A DNA stretch of 64,000 nucleotides from Macrostomum hystrix (taxonomy: Eukaryota; Animalia; Platyhelminthes): NCBI GenBank assembly GCA_950097015.1, contig CATNEN010000001.1, forward strand, positions 21,080,001 through 21,144,000, in the 5' to 3' direction. Under the pieces are notes generated by a model. That model saw nothing but the letters and a program-made list of their open reading frames with translations. It was not told the DNA's origin and searched no databases. Positions 39,879-50,782 of the stretch are shown piece by piece; within the stretch, counting starts at the first letter, position 1; each line of letters opens with the position of its first letter. The translations under genes were made by a program, and so were the position numbers.

Positions 39879-42800
39879 GCATTGTTCCCGATATCCAGCG
39901 AAGCCGAGCTCGCCAAGTCCCTTGCCGAACTTGCCTCGAGTGCCAGCGCTGCGGCCGCAGTCTATAGCAACTATCGACCTGCAGCTGCCGATGCAGCCTC
40001 TACGGCTGCACCAACAGGCCAGAAACGAAAGAAGGACAAAAAGAACGACGATGAGATCGGTGATTCCCTTGTTGAAAAGAAAAAATCGAAAAAAGATAAG
40101 AAACAGAAACGCCATGACTCTGCTAGCGACTCTAACAGCAACAAAAATGACATAAATCAGCAACAGCAGCCACCAGTAGACTTTGACATAGACCGTACAG
40201 GCAATGATAATATTCGGGTTCACGGTTGTCTAGCCAAACTGCACCAGCCCTTGCTTCCTACTGGAAGTAGTAGCTGCTGTAGTTTTTCTCGTCCTCAATT
40301 CGCCTTACAGTTTGATGGCACCTGTCTGAAGCTGCCCCGGTCGCTGCAGCAAAAGCCAATCGATGCAAGTAAAAAGGACAAAAGGTCTGCTAAAAATAGC
40401 ACTGTCAAAGTTTGGCAGAAAGTTCGCTACTACGCTAAACGACATAGAAAAGTTCTTCTAAAACAGACAGAAGATCCTTCTGCGTTGTCTGCGAACGCTC
40501 TGCCGAGTGTTGTCGCTAAAGCGGGTGATAGTTCGTCTTCGGAAACGCCCGACGATTTGCTTGAACTGGCTTCAAAGCAGACGCAATTGTTTCCTAACAA
40601 TAGCCGCCTAGCAACTGAGCGCTGCCTCGCTATTGTTCGTCGAGGCCTGGAACTGTCGCCCGGTCATCTGGGTCTGAGAATGCTCGAGGCTCGAGTTGCC
40701 CTATCCGAATGGGAGCGCGCCGAGGCGTTGCGTCGCCTGTCAGATCTGACATTCCGCTATCCGAATGTGACAGCCGCTTGGCTGTGTCGCCTTCACCTGT
40801 TGAGGTCCAGTTTGGAGTTGTACAATCGGTCACAGCAGCTGAGATTGTACGCAGAAGCGTTTGCCAGTCTGACCGCCGTTGCCGAGGGTCGATTATTGTC
40901 GCACAAAGCGTTGCCGAAATGTTACGAACACTTGCTAATCCTGCTGCTTGACTATTGCTTGTATCTGGAGAGGTGCGGCCTTATTGAGCGAGCCGTGGCC
41001 TCATTTCAGGCCATTATCGAGTTCAATCTTTGTCGGCCAAATTCTACCGACGTTTCGCTTAGCGACTTCGAAGCTTTCTGGGATTCCGGAACGCCCCGGT
41101 TTGGCGATATCGGCAGTCGGGGCTGGCGGGGCGATTGCAAATCGGCCGCCAACGTCGATAATTGCGACAGTGATGACGGGTGAGGACCTTCATTATTCGC
41201 TGTTACTTCTATATTCGGCAAGTCTGACCAATTATGGGTCATGAACGCTTAAGAACTCGAGGGTTGCGATTATTGAAAGAAAAACCGCAATAACCTGGCA
41301 ATATAATTGACTACGAGTGATCCTCCGTAAAATCCCCCTCAGCTATTTCTCGACCATCCAGTCAGCCTGTGACGCCGAGGAGCGTCAACTGCTCGACCAA
41401 GCTGCCGCTCAACGTCACGAAGCTCAGTTGGAAAGTCCAGACTCTCAGTGGGCACCGAATCTGGCTAAGATGACGCTCGACTTTGAACAGCTTCGCTGCC
41501 AGTGGCTCTGGTATCCGTGCCGACAAGAGTCGGAAACTATTGAAGACCTAGATCGTGTTGTTCTTCTAAACGATGTTCGACCAGTTCTGTTCCGTCTGCC
41601 GCGGGAGTTGATGCCTCACTTACTGGCTTTGTTTCTATTGTTCCTGCGTTGCGCTCGCGTTGAAGAAGACGAAGGCGGTTTCAGCCTGCTGCAGCGACTC
41701 CAGACAGCGTCTGAAGAGCATCAGCTGCTAGGATCCGTCCTGCAGGGCGCTAGGTTAGTTTTGGCCTTCTTTGAAACTGTAGTCATGGGATGTCTGGTAA
41801 TAATATAATATTAAATGAAGGACGGCTGTGGGCAACGGCACATCATTTATTGACACCAGACCCGCAGCCAGCGAGAAGGCGATTCTGCCCATTTTTCTGA
41901 CTCCTGAGCACACACGCACGACGCACACAGATACCGTACGCAGGCACATACACACAGGTGTGTACATCTGCCCTCATTGTCAGGCAGTGTACACTCTCAC
42001 TGTGCCTCGGAGGTTGGCTCTCAAGGGCGTAAATTGCACGACAAGCCCCCAAGCCTTCTCTCCGCGCCTGCGCCCCGAAATGAGTGTGGCCTCGCCACGG
42101 AATTAAACTCAGGGACCTTGGTGACCCCGCTCTGCCACATGCCCTCTGCCACTTTGGGTTGCCTAGTAGTTGGAGCTTCGGAATCAAGAATTGAAGGTCG
42201 GGGTTTCGAGTCCTGTCTCGAGTGGAACAATTTGTGTCCTTTAGCAAGACACTTAACTCTGCATTGCTTGAGTTCACCCAGCTGCTAGTTGGGTTCCAGG
42301 ATTAGCTGGGGTAACTGAGGGGGGTGTGGCGTACCCCAGTCCATGGACTGAACAGCCGCACGCAGCCTTCAGATGTTTCAATCTGTATTCACAGATCTCG
42401 CGTTCATTTTGGCGGCGGGGGCGGCGGAGAACTTGGCGGTTTCTACCGCTCCGAGCCGTCGCTCAACAGTCCAGATCTGCAGCGGCTGCGGCTGCGCGTC
42501 TGTTGTCAGGCTGCGTCGGCGCCAGGATTCGACCAGCTGTTTGTCAACGGCGAAAGAGACATATTTGCTAGATTGGCCATTTTCGAAGCGTCCGCAATGG
42601 AGCAGCAGATGTTTAGGCGGGTGGCCAAAGCGCTGCTCCGTTGTCGACCCGATTGGAGCGTCTGGGCCGCCTTCGCCGAGTGCGACTCCTCGGTCGGCAG
42701 TGGTCGTCGAACCTTCGACGGCGTGTTGGATGGATTGAAGTTCCCCGGACTGCGCGGCGGGCAGGTAGTACTTATAGAATGCTCTTAAGCATAGCAACGC

Positions 42801-44580
42801 CATATAACAGGAGTCGGCAAATTTATTAGCTGGCGGGACAAAGAGAGGCAAAAAGACGACAGCGGGCCGCATTGACTGTAGAAATTTGAGATAGGGGAGA
42901 AATGAGACTCAGGAGAGTTGAGACACACGAGAGATGAGACACGATAGATGAGACATGGAAGATATGAGACACGGGATAGATGAGACACGGATAGTGAAGT
43001 GACAGGAGTGACAGGATATTGTAGATGTCGGAACGAGCAACAGGCCGGATTTATGAGCTTCGAGGGCAGCATCTTGCCCGCGGGCTGGAGTTTGCCGACC
43101 CCTGCCGTGGATGCCATATCTACTCGCATTATTTTATACTGTGAGCGTTTTTCATCATCGCAGGCACCGCCCGAGCTTTGCCGTCAAGCGCTCGCGGTCA
43201 TCTTGTCAGCCGTCTGCTCCGAGCTGTCAATCAGCTGGGATTTGACGCGCCCAGCAAATTTGACACCCGAGAAGCTGCGGCGTTGCTTGAGCGCGTCACC
43301 TTCGTCAGGTGATACGGAGGCTTTCGATTCGATGTCTCGAGTGGCTAAGCTCCTAGCCATGGCTGCCGGCTCAACTCGAGTCGACGAGATCGAACGCGAA
43401 CTGGAGGTCGCGAGTTCGAGTCTCACTTCAGCTGGTCACTTATTGGTTCTACATCTGGGCGCTGTCAGACCGCAGGTTCTGCTTTTAAATGGAGCGCCCA
43501 GTCGTCTAATTGAGCGCGCTAAACGTGCTGCCCAAGTAAGCGACTGCCTTATTATACTACTATACTACTAGCGTTTGAGTAGCATAACATGATCGCTTCT
43601 TTGAATTGTTTTTATTAGTTTTTTGTATTTTTTTTTGCTGGTAAAGTGTATTAAAAAACGGGCTTTCTTAGTTTCCACATTGCAGTAGTGTTCACACAGA
43701 TTTTGAATGCTTGGCTTAGTTTTATGTACCCGATATGTTTCGAAAAAACATAAAGTTTTTAAAATCTTTTTTTAAATATTCTTTTTCTGAGCCGGATCAA
43801 TTTCCTATCTGATCACTCTTTAAGGTCGAGGATTCGAATCCTGACAGCGCGGCTGCTCGCTGCCTGCACCTGCTAGCCCAATTGCGCCTGGCCCGTCACG
43901 GAAGCCTGGCCGAGCTTGGCAACTTGGCTGCGGATTGTCTGCTAGCCAGCAGCAGCAGCAGCAGTCTCGGCGCCAGTCACAATCTCTACCGCCTGCTCAT
44001 GACCTGCCTGGCCAATCCGTTGAGTTTGGGTCGGCTGCGCAATCGCCTGGATCGCCTACCGCCCACCCCGGTGACGCTAGCCGTGGCCGCGGCAGTGGAG
44101 CTCGGCCGTCTAGCTAGCCTGGGCTGGCCCACCGCGGACAGTGGCGGCCGGGCTAGGCTAAGCCGGCTGCTGGACAGAGCCGCCGCATGCGCCGTCGAGT
44201 TTGGCGACGAAGTTACATTGGCAACCATTTGGCGTCAGAGGCTAAGAGTGGACGCACTGCTGTCCGACCGGCTGGCGAGTTTAGTCGAGACTTGGTCGCG
44301 CTCGATGCAATCGTGTCCGCACTGCAAGATGCTGTGCCTGGACGGCCTTGGCCTCGCTGCCAGAGGGTCCAGCTCTGTTAATTGCCAGCAGCTGCTCGAT
44401 CGAGTCACTGACATCATGGTCGAGAAGGACATTCGTCAGCGTGTGCTGCCAGACGAGATCAGCCTACTGTTGGAGGCGGCGGTGCAGCCTCCGTCAGCGG
44501 CTCCTCGGGTCAGATTCAGCCTCAGGTCGCGAGATCGAGTCCCACAGCAACAGCTGGCTGCCAGCTCCGATGTCTCTTAG
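39879..44580 (+). CDS. NRDE2: Nuclear exosome regulator NRDE2, 5 exons; no genomic initiator ATG
   Basis: Exons 39879-41179, 41343-41753, 42395-42764, 43044-43535 (acceptor less certain), 43825-44580. Motifs FQAIIEFN, FWDSGTPRFGDIGSRGW, EDLDRVVL and CPHCKMLCLD..DIMVEKDIRQR. Reading frame begins ALFP directly after tgcag|. Confidence 0.88.
41822..42142 (-). mobile_element. SINE family B copy (NRDE2 intron 2)
   Basis: Reverse-complement match to 25222-25550, including the terminal stem-loop. Confidence 0.85.
42160..42375 (+). mobile_element. SINE family A, 3'-truncated, head-to-head with SINE B
   Basis: TGGAACAATTTGTGTCCTTTAGCAAGACACTTAACTCTGCATTGCTT is identical to about 839-885. Confidence 0.85.
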
Positions 44581-44627
44581 ATTAACGCTGTGTGTTGACG
44601 GCTGCATTAATAAATGCATTTTTGGGA

Positions 44628-44780
44628 CCTCATTTGGTGACACCAGACCCGCAGCCAGCGAGGAAGCAATTCTACCCATTCCGCTGACTCCTGAGCACAC
44701 ACGCACACAGGTGTGCACATCTGCCCTGACTTTCTTATCGTCAGGCAGTGTACACTCTCACTGTGCAATTGAGGTTGGCA
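44628..44780 (-). mobile_element. SINE family B 3' half, just after the NRDE2 AATAAA (about 44609)
   Basis: GACACCAGACCCGCAGCCAGCGAGGA... matches other copies. A further degenerate 5' piece lies at about 45130-45280. Confidence 0.8.
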
Positions 44781-45382
44781 GTCTTCTGCTTTAGCAGTCC
44801 AGCGCTGATTGGCGAATATCTCGACTTTAAGGAGAGACTTTAAAGTTTATTTTTTGGTTCAAAATTTCCGTGCATCTGCGTTGCTCCATTCAGGTGCACT
44901 GAAAACTGTCTGCCGGCAATTCCCCCCTTGGGTTCTTCTATTGCTGAGTGCATTTTTACTGCCTTTCTTTAACGCACTTGCTTGTGTAAAGCTTCTTGTT
45001 ATGCTTGGAATATTGTTTGACAAGTTTGCTTTAAATAAATAAACACTAATACATGAATTGATTAGAATGACTCCGCTTGTTGATAGGATGTACTTATCTT
45101 TTTGCTGGAGAGCGGCACACTTTCGCATAGGTAAATCTGCCCTGACCTGTGACTCTCAGGAGGTTGTTGGCCCTCAAGGGCGTCAATTATCAGTGGCTCC
45201 ACACCGAAAAGGGGCCTCGCTGCGGATTCGAGCTCAGGGACCTTGGCGCGAAAGGCAAACCAATATCCTCTCTGCGATTCAACCCATTTTATTGATAAAA
45301 ACAAGACAAGATCCCAGTCCTAATTTCCCTAATTGACCCTAGCCGAATACATTTGCCCGCAGCCGAAGGCAAACACTGCACA

Positions 45383-47075
45383 ATGGCTTCCACTGAGCAG
45401 CAGGCTGATGACTCGTATAAGCCTGGCCAGCTGACCCAGCTGCTGCAGTCCAGCAGCGGTAAGACTGACTGCGACTCCGCACTGGCCAGTCTGTTTCTGC
45501 CGGCGCCACCACCAGCAGCTGCTAAAAAGCCTGCTGTTGTTAAATCCTCCACTTCTGCCGGGAACAAGTCCGCGGCAAAGCAGCCGCTAGACGAGGAGCC
45601 GCCGGCAGCGAAGCGACAAAAGCTGCAGCCTTCAGCAGCCAAGAAACAGTCTGACACAGCACCGGAACAGGAGCTCAGTGCCAAAGCAGCCGATGCTGCT
45701 GTCGGCGAGCGAGCCGCCGCCAAGGCTCGCTTGAAGCTGGCTAAACAGCGCGAGAAAGCTCGCCAGGAAGATCCTAGAAATCCGCGTACAGTCTTCGTCG
45801 GCAATGTCTCCTCGTCCGCTAAGAAGCGCGACCTCCTGTTGCTGTTTCGCGTTCACGGTCCGATTGAATCCGTGCGCTTTCGCTCGGCCGCGCCAGCTGA
45901 CGCCAATGTTGTGAAGCGACTGGCTGTCATTCACAAGAAGCTGTCTAGGCCGTCACTAAATGCCTACGTTGTCTACAAAGAAATCGAATCCACGATCAAC
46001 GCTGCGAAAGCTCTTAATGGCCACTGCCTGGCTGGGCTGCATCTTCGAGTTGACTGTCTGGCAGCTGGCGCCGCTGCCGGCGGTGTTGGCGGTGAAAATC
46101 AAAGAGACGACAAAAAATGCGTCTTCCTTGGTGAGTGTTGATTGAGTTTCCATCCTGTAAGTGCGATTCGTTGGCTAGAAAAAATAAGGATATAATATTT
46201 AATGGAACGAGTCAGTAGCCTGTGAAATGAAATATCGGCTTTACTGTCTCTGCTTGGGTGGGGTAACATTGTCGAGGTCGTCGCGCAGGAGGGAACCAGT
46301 GTTGGTGGCGTATGCTGCGCCGTCCTCCGGACAGTCGGTTGAGGAACCGCAGATTTCGCTGGGTCGTAACGAAGAAGAAACGCAGAAAAATGAATTCTGA
46401 AACACGGGCTAACTTTTTTCTGATATGCTTCTAATATTTTTATCGCCAGTTATATTTCGAATTGGTGTGCGCATTGTAATAATGATTTTTTTGTTACAAT
46501 CTGTTCAATCGTGCAGTTTTGTCACTCTGGCCTCCCAAAATCCAGGCAATCTGCCGTTCAAATGCGACGAAGAGTCGATTCGATCGGCATTCGCCCAGTG
46601 CGGCCGCGTCACCAATGTCCGCTTGGTGCGCGACTCGCGAACCGGCATCGGCCGCGGCTTCGGCTACGTCCAGTTCGCCGACGCCTCCGCTGTCGAATTG
46701 GCCCTGAAGCTCAACGGCACGGAGCTGGCTGGTCGTCAGGCTCGAGTTAGCCGATGCTCGGAGCAGAAACAACAGGCCAAGACCAACAAGATTGAGAAGA
46801 CTCACAAGAAAAAGCAGAAGAGGGTTTCTGACAGCAATGCCGATAGCAAGGTGGACAACAAGAAGCAAGCAAAGCCGAAAAGTAAACAGACGGCGCGACC
46901 AACCAATCAGAATTTCGCTCAGGCATTTCAGCGCATGCTGGACAAGCGCCGTTCCAGACAGGACGGCAAAAAGCCCAAATCGACCGCTAAATCTGCTCCC
47001 ACTTTGAAGCAGCCAAAGACTGGCAAAGGCGTGGTGAAGCCTTCTGCTTCGGCTGGGAAGAAGAAAAACAAATGA
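45383..47075 (+). CDS. RBM34: RBM34/Nop12 two-RRM nucleolar protein, 2 exons
   Basis: Exons 45383-46130 and 46546-47075. RTVFVGN..GPIESVRFRS..NAYVVYK..HLRVD; CVFLGNLPF..VRLVRD..GRGFGYVQF; Lys-rich tail. Confidence 0.92.
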
Positions 47076-47352
47076 CCCCAGTAATAATCACAACTCAGTC
47101 AGAGTTCCATTGTAAGGTGTGTAAGGGTAAACTGTTGCTGCATTTGACTGGGTGATTTTGTGAATTATTTCTCCAGGCAGTGTTTGCAGTTCTGCTTGAC
47201 ATAGTCATCAATCACATCAATATAAGTTTGACTTATTGCTAATTCATTGTGTCCTTGTCCAACCTAATGGCATTTGCAATCATATTCGCTATGTTCGGCG
47301 CGTGTTGTTATTTTGATATTGGTGATCGAGCCTGTCTTTCTAGCAATACTTC

Positions 47353-47690
47353 GGGTAAGTGGCAGAGTGATTAACGTCTCCCTGAGCGCCAAGGTCCCTG
47401 AGCTCGATTCCGCGGTGAGGCCACATATTTGGGGCGCAGCCGCGGAGAGAAGGCTTTGGGGCTTGTCGTGCAATTTGCGCCATTGAGACACAGTAAAAGT
47501 TTGCACTGCCTGACGGCGGTAGAGTCACGGCAGATGTACACCGCTGTGAGTGCGTGCCGGCGTACAGTATCTGTGTGCGCGTGTGCTCAGAGGTCAGCGG
47601 AATGGGCAGAATTGCCTCCTCGCTGGCTGCGGGTCTAGTGTCACTAAACGATGTGCCATTGCCAGCAGCCCTCCTGCAATTACTATTATT
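47353..47690 (+). mobile_element. SINE family B, full-length
   Basis: Head GTGGCAGAGTG...GAGCTCGATTCC; tail GCAATTACTATTATT. Confidence 0.85.
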
Positions 47691-48151
47691 TACAGCAAAT
47701 CTCAACTGCATCGGTAGACAGAATGATACTCGTAAATGTAATGAAGAAAATAACATCAAATTAATTAGAATGATAAAGCCGCTAGCTATATCGTGCAGTT
47801 AACTAGCGCTGTTGCTATCTGAATGAATGGCAGTGATGTAGCCATATATCTCATGATTGCTGTCAGTTCTTGAATGAGGGCCAAACGAAGGATGTCATTT
47901 CCTCATTAGACGATCTGAAGTAAAGATTTTTTACCCCAAGCTTTAGGAAATAATTTATTCAATAGATCGACAAAGCATGGAACACTCCGTTGACAGCACT
48001 TTGTTGAAGTAGTACAGCTGGTGGGGCACTAAATGTCGAGAATGTGAGTAGATAAATGAATAAACATCAAGTAATTTTTACGGGCAGATAATTCACTTTT
48101 TAATGAAGAAAGTGTTAGTACTTTTTGGACAACCTCGTAATATATCGCGGC

Positions 48152-49564
48152 TTAGACTAGCAGCATGAGCCTAATGCTTTTTAAGGCCCTCGAAATTTCG
48201 CCTGTACCGTACCAAAGCATCGCGTCGTACTTGTTAAGCGCGGACGAATTGTAGTAAATTCCATTCGGATTGCTGTAATAATTGTTGGAACACCACCAGC
48301 CAGCTTTGCCAGTGAAGGCAGAGCAGGCAGAGGAATCTCTGTCGTAAGTAGCGAACACAGTGTCGCGGGCCTGTGAGAGTGAATCGCTGGTTGTGTTAGA
48401 GCTGCTCAGCATGTAACTCAAATACGTCATTCTATACTTGAAGAATGGTGATGGGCCTTTCACTGAAAAGTTGAAATACTCGCTCACGTCCGACCAAGTG
48501 GTCGCTTCAACTCTGAGCAGCCTTGGAGTGCTGCCCGTCAGGTTGTGAATCTGCGTCAGGCCTGGTGAAATTTCAAATGCAGCTGGAATGACACTCTGCG
48601 GCGCACCAACAGTGGAAAGAACACGCTGGTATTCAAATACCCACCCACTCAAATACCCATTCAAATACAGAAGGAGATACAGAAAAAAGAAAAATGTGGG
48701 TACTTTAAACACCCCCTTAATCTTTCAACTGTTAAGAATCCTTATTCATTCAGTGTACTAACCCAGCCAGAAGTCGGTGTCATCTCCGAAGCCATTCTCA
48801 TACTGAGTCCAGTTCTTGGCAAAGCTCAACTCGCCCTTGAATCTCTGCTGGATGATTTGAAACTTCCTGCCGCCGATTTGACTGAACGCTTCTAAAAATA
48901 GTTCCCGATGTCTGCGTCATGCTTCGCTTCAACACGGATATAAACCACCTGCCATTGACTCACCTCTGAACCACTCGCAGTCTATCGTATCCGGCAGTCT
49001 CTCATAGACTCCCATGCTCCTCCTGTCACCTGCAGATGTTGAGCTCAGGACACAGATGCCTCTGTCTGGATTGTACTCAAACCACTTGCAGCTGGAGGCG
49101 GAGTCAGCGGACCGCTGCTCGCACATCGCTGCGCACTCGATGTCGCTGCGAGCTGGCCGACTCTGTGTGGCTGTCGCAGCCGTTGGTGTCGGCTCCACAA
49201 CTTTTGTTGGCTCATTGCTTGAGTAGTCTGTGTGGTGCGTTCTAGGCTTTGTTTAATCATGCCGAGCATGCTTCACTAATGATCGCACATGATAATTTCA
49301 TAGCTTCACTCGTAGGCTTAGCTTTTGCTCTGCTGCTTCACAATGAGACTACAGAACCCAGCATAACCTAACCGAATTTACCAAATGGGGTTGAAAATGC
49401 GCGAACCAGACTATCTGATCATTCCGTGTTGCATGCGCTTGCATAAGATACTAGAATAGGCCTTTTCTAAGTTTTGCACTTACATCCTGCAGACACTCCG
49501 GTAGAGTTAATGACACCGCAGAGATAAGAACCAATGTCACAAGTGGGTGCCTCACACTAACCAT
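48152..49564 (-). CDS. Secreted PAN/apple + fibrinogen C-terminal domain protein (copy 1; possible frameshift in exon 1)
   Basis: Exons 49564-49484, 49227-48964, 48891-48763, 48561-48152. PAN-like ECAAMC..CKWFEY..C; FReD IQQR..SFAKNWTQYENGFG..FWLG..GWW..NPNG. Confidence 0.78.
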
Positions 49565-50084
49565 AATAGAGGCGGTGTTTTCTTTCTTAGAGGTGTGCAA
49601 GCGTGTGAATCTCGATGAAATTAGCAAAATTGTAAAACCCAATAGTTTTATATACATCAGCAATGTCATAAGCAAAGCATTTTAAACTGACAGCCTCTAA
49701 TTTGGTGGAAATCCTAGATTTTATTCCTCGTTGACAAAGCCGTTGATAAGCTTGCATCACAAATCAGAATAAATTGACGCGATGTGAAAATGAGCCTATC
49801 CAATTAATGACGAATTTCTGTTGACTGATGCAAACACTGTTGATCGTGAATGACACACTTGAATTGGTACTTCAAGAGCTCAAGATTCAGCATTTGAGAT
49901 CGCATTTGGCATTCGGCTTTTTGGCATTAAAGATTGACCGATATAAAAATTCTAGATGTTAGCTGCTGTTTGAGTTGGACATATCAAGGCCTGTCTATCA
50001 GATGTATTTCCACTGTTTGCTAGTTGACATGCTTGAGGTGACGTGTTTAGCTTCGTGCTAAGACTCTAAGCTCCTCAGCAGCCG

Positions 50085-50142
50085 TCGAGCTCAGGATTCA
50101 GAGGCTCCACAACTTTCATTTGCTAATTGGTTGAGTAGTCTG
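50085..50142 (-). pseudogene. Relic exon-2 fragment of a third PAN-FReD copy
   Basis: cgcag|AC TAC TCA ACC AAT TAG CAA ATG AAA GTT GTG GAG CCT versus copy 1 cag|AC TAC TCA AGC AAT GAG CCA ACA AAA GTT GTG GAG CCG; in-frame stop. Confidence 0.6.
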
Positions 50143-50782
50143 CGAGCAGCAAGGTGTGCATTTTGTTTGATTAAAGTGCAGCTGTCAAAAATTTCATCTG
50201 ATGATAAAGCAAGTATCAAGTGTGCCACCATTTTTACCGTCTTAAGTCTCACCTGACACCAAAAGTCTAGATTTTACAAGATCTTGCCTTTTGAGGCGCC
50301 AAAGCATAAAATTGAAACTGTTACATCTAGCTATCAGTTAGGATTTGATGGATTGTTATTGTTCGACTCCCTTGTGATCGCTTGCACGCTGCCTCTACAG
50401 CAGTGGCTAGCAACCCGAATGGAGAGAATGCATCAGGAGCTCGAAATTCCAAAGTCATCTTAAATTTTCTTTTCTTCGATCGATTTAGTATCTTTGCTGT
50501 GAGAATCGAGCATTGTATTTAATCTAGACAATTGACTTAAAAGGCATGACACGATTAGAAAAGAATATTAAAACATCTCGGTGTGGTTTCAAAGTCGCAT
50601 TTACATGCTTATCCGATAACTGTATTCAAGAACAGTACATGATGCCTTTTTCAAGCGCACAATTTGTAAGGTTAGAAAGCAGTATTTTATTGTATTTCTT
50701 TTTATTTACTGCCAAGTTCACACCTGTAGTCTAAACTTTTCCTTCGCTTCGAATACCTGCAAATCGTGGGGCCATAGAATGC

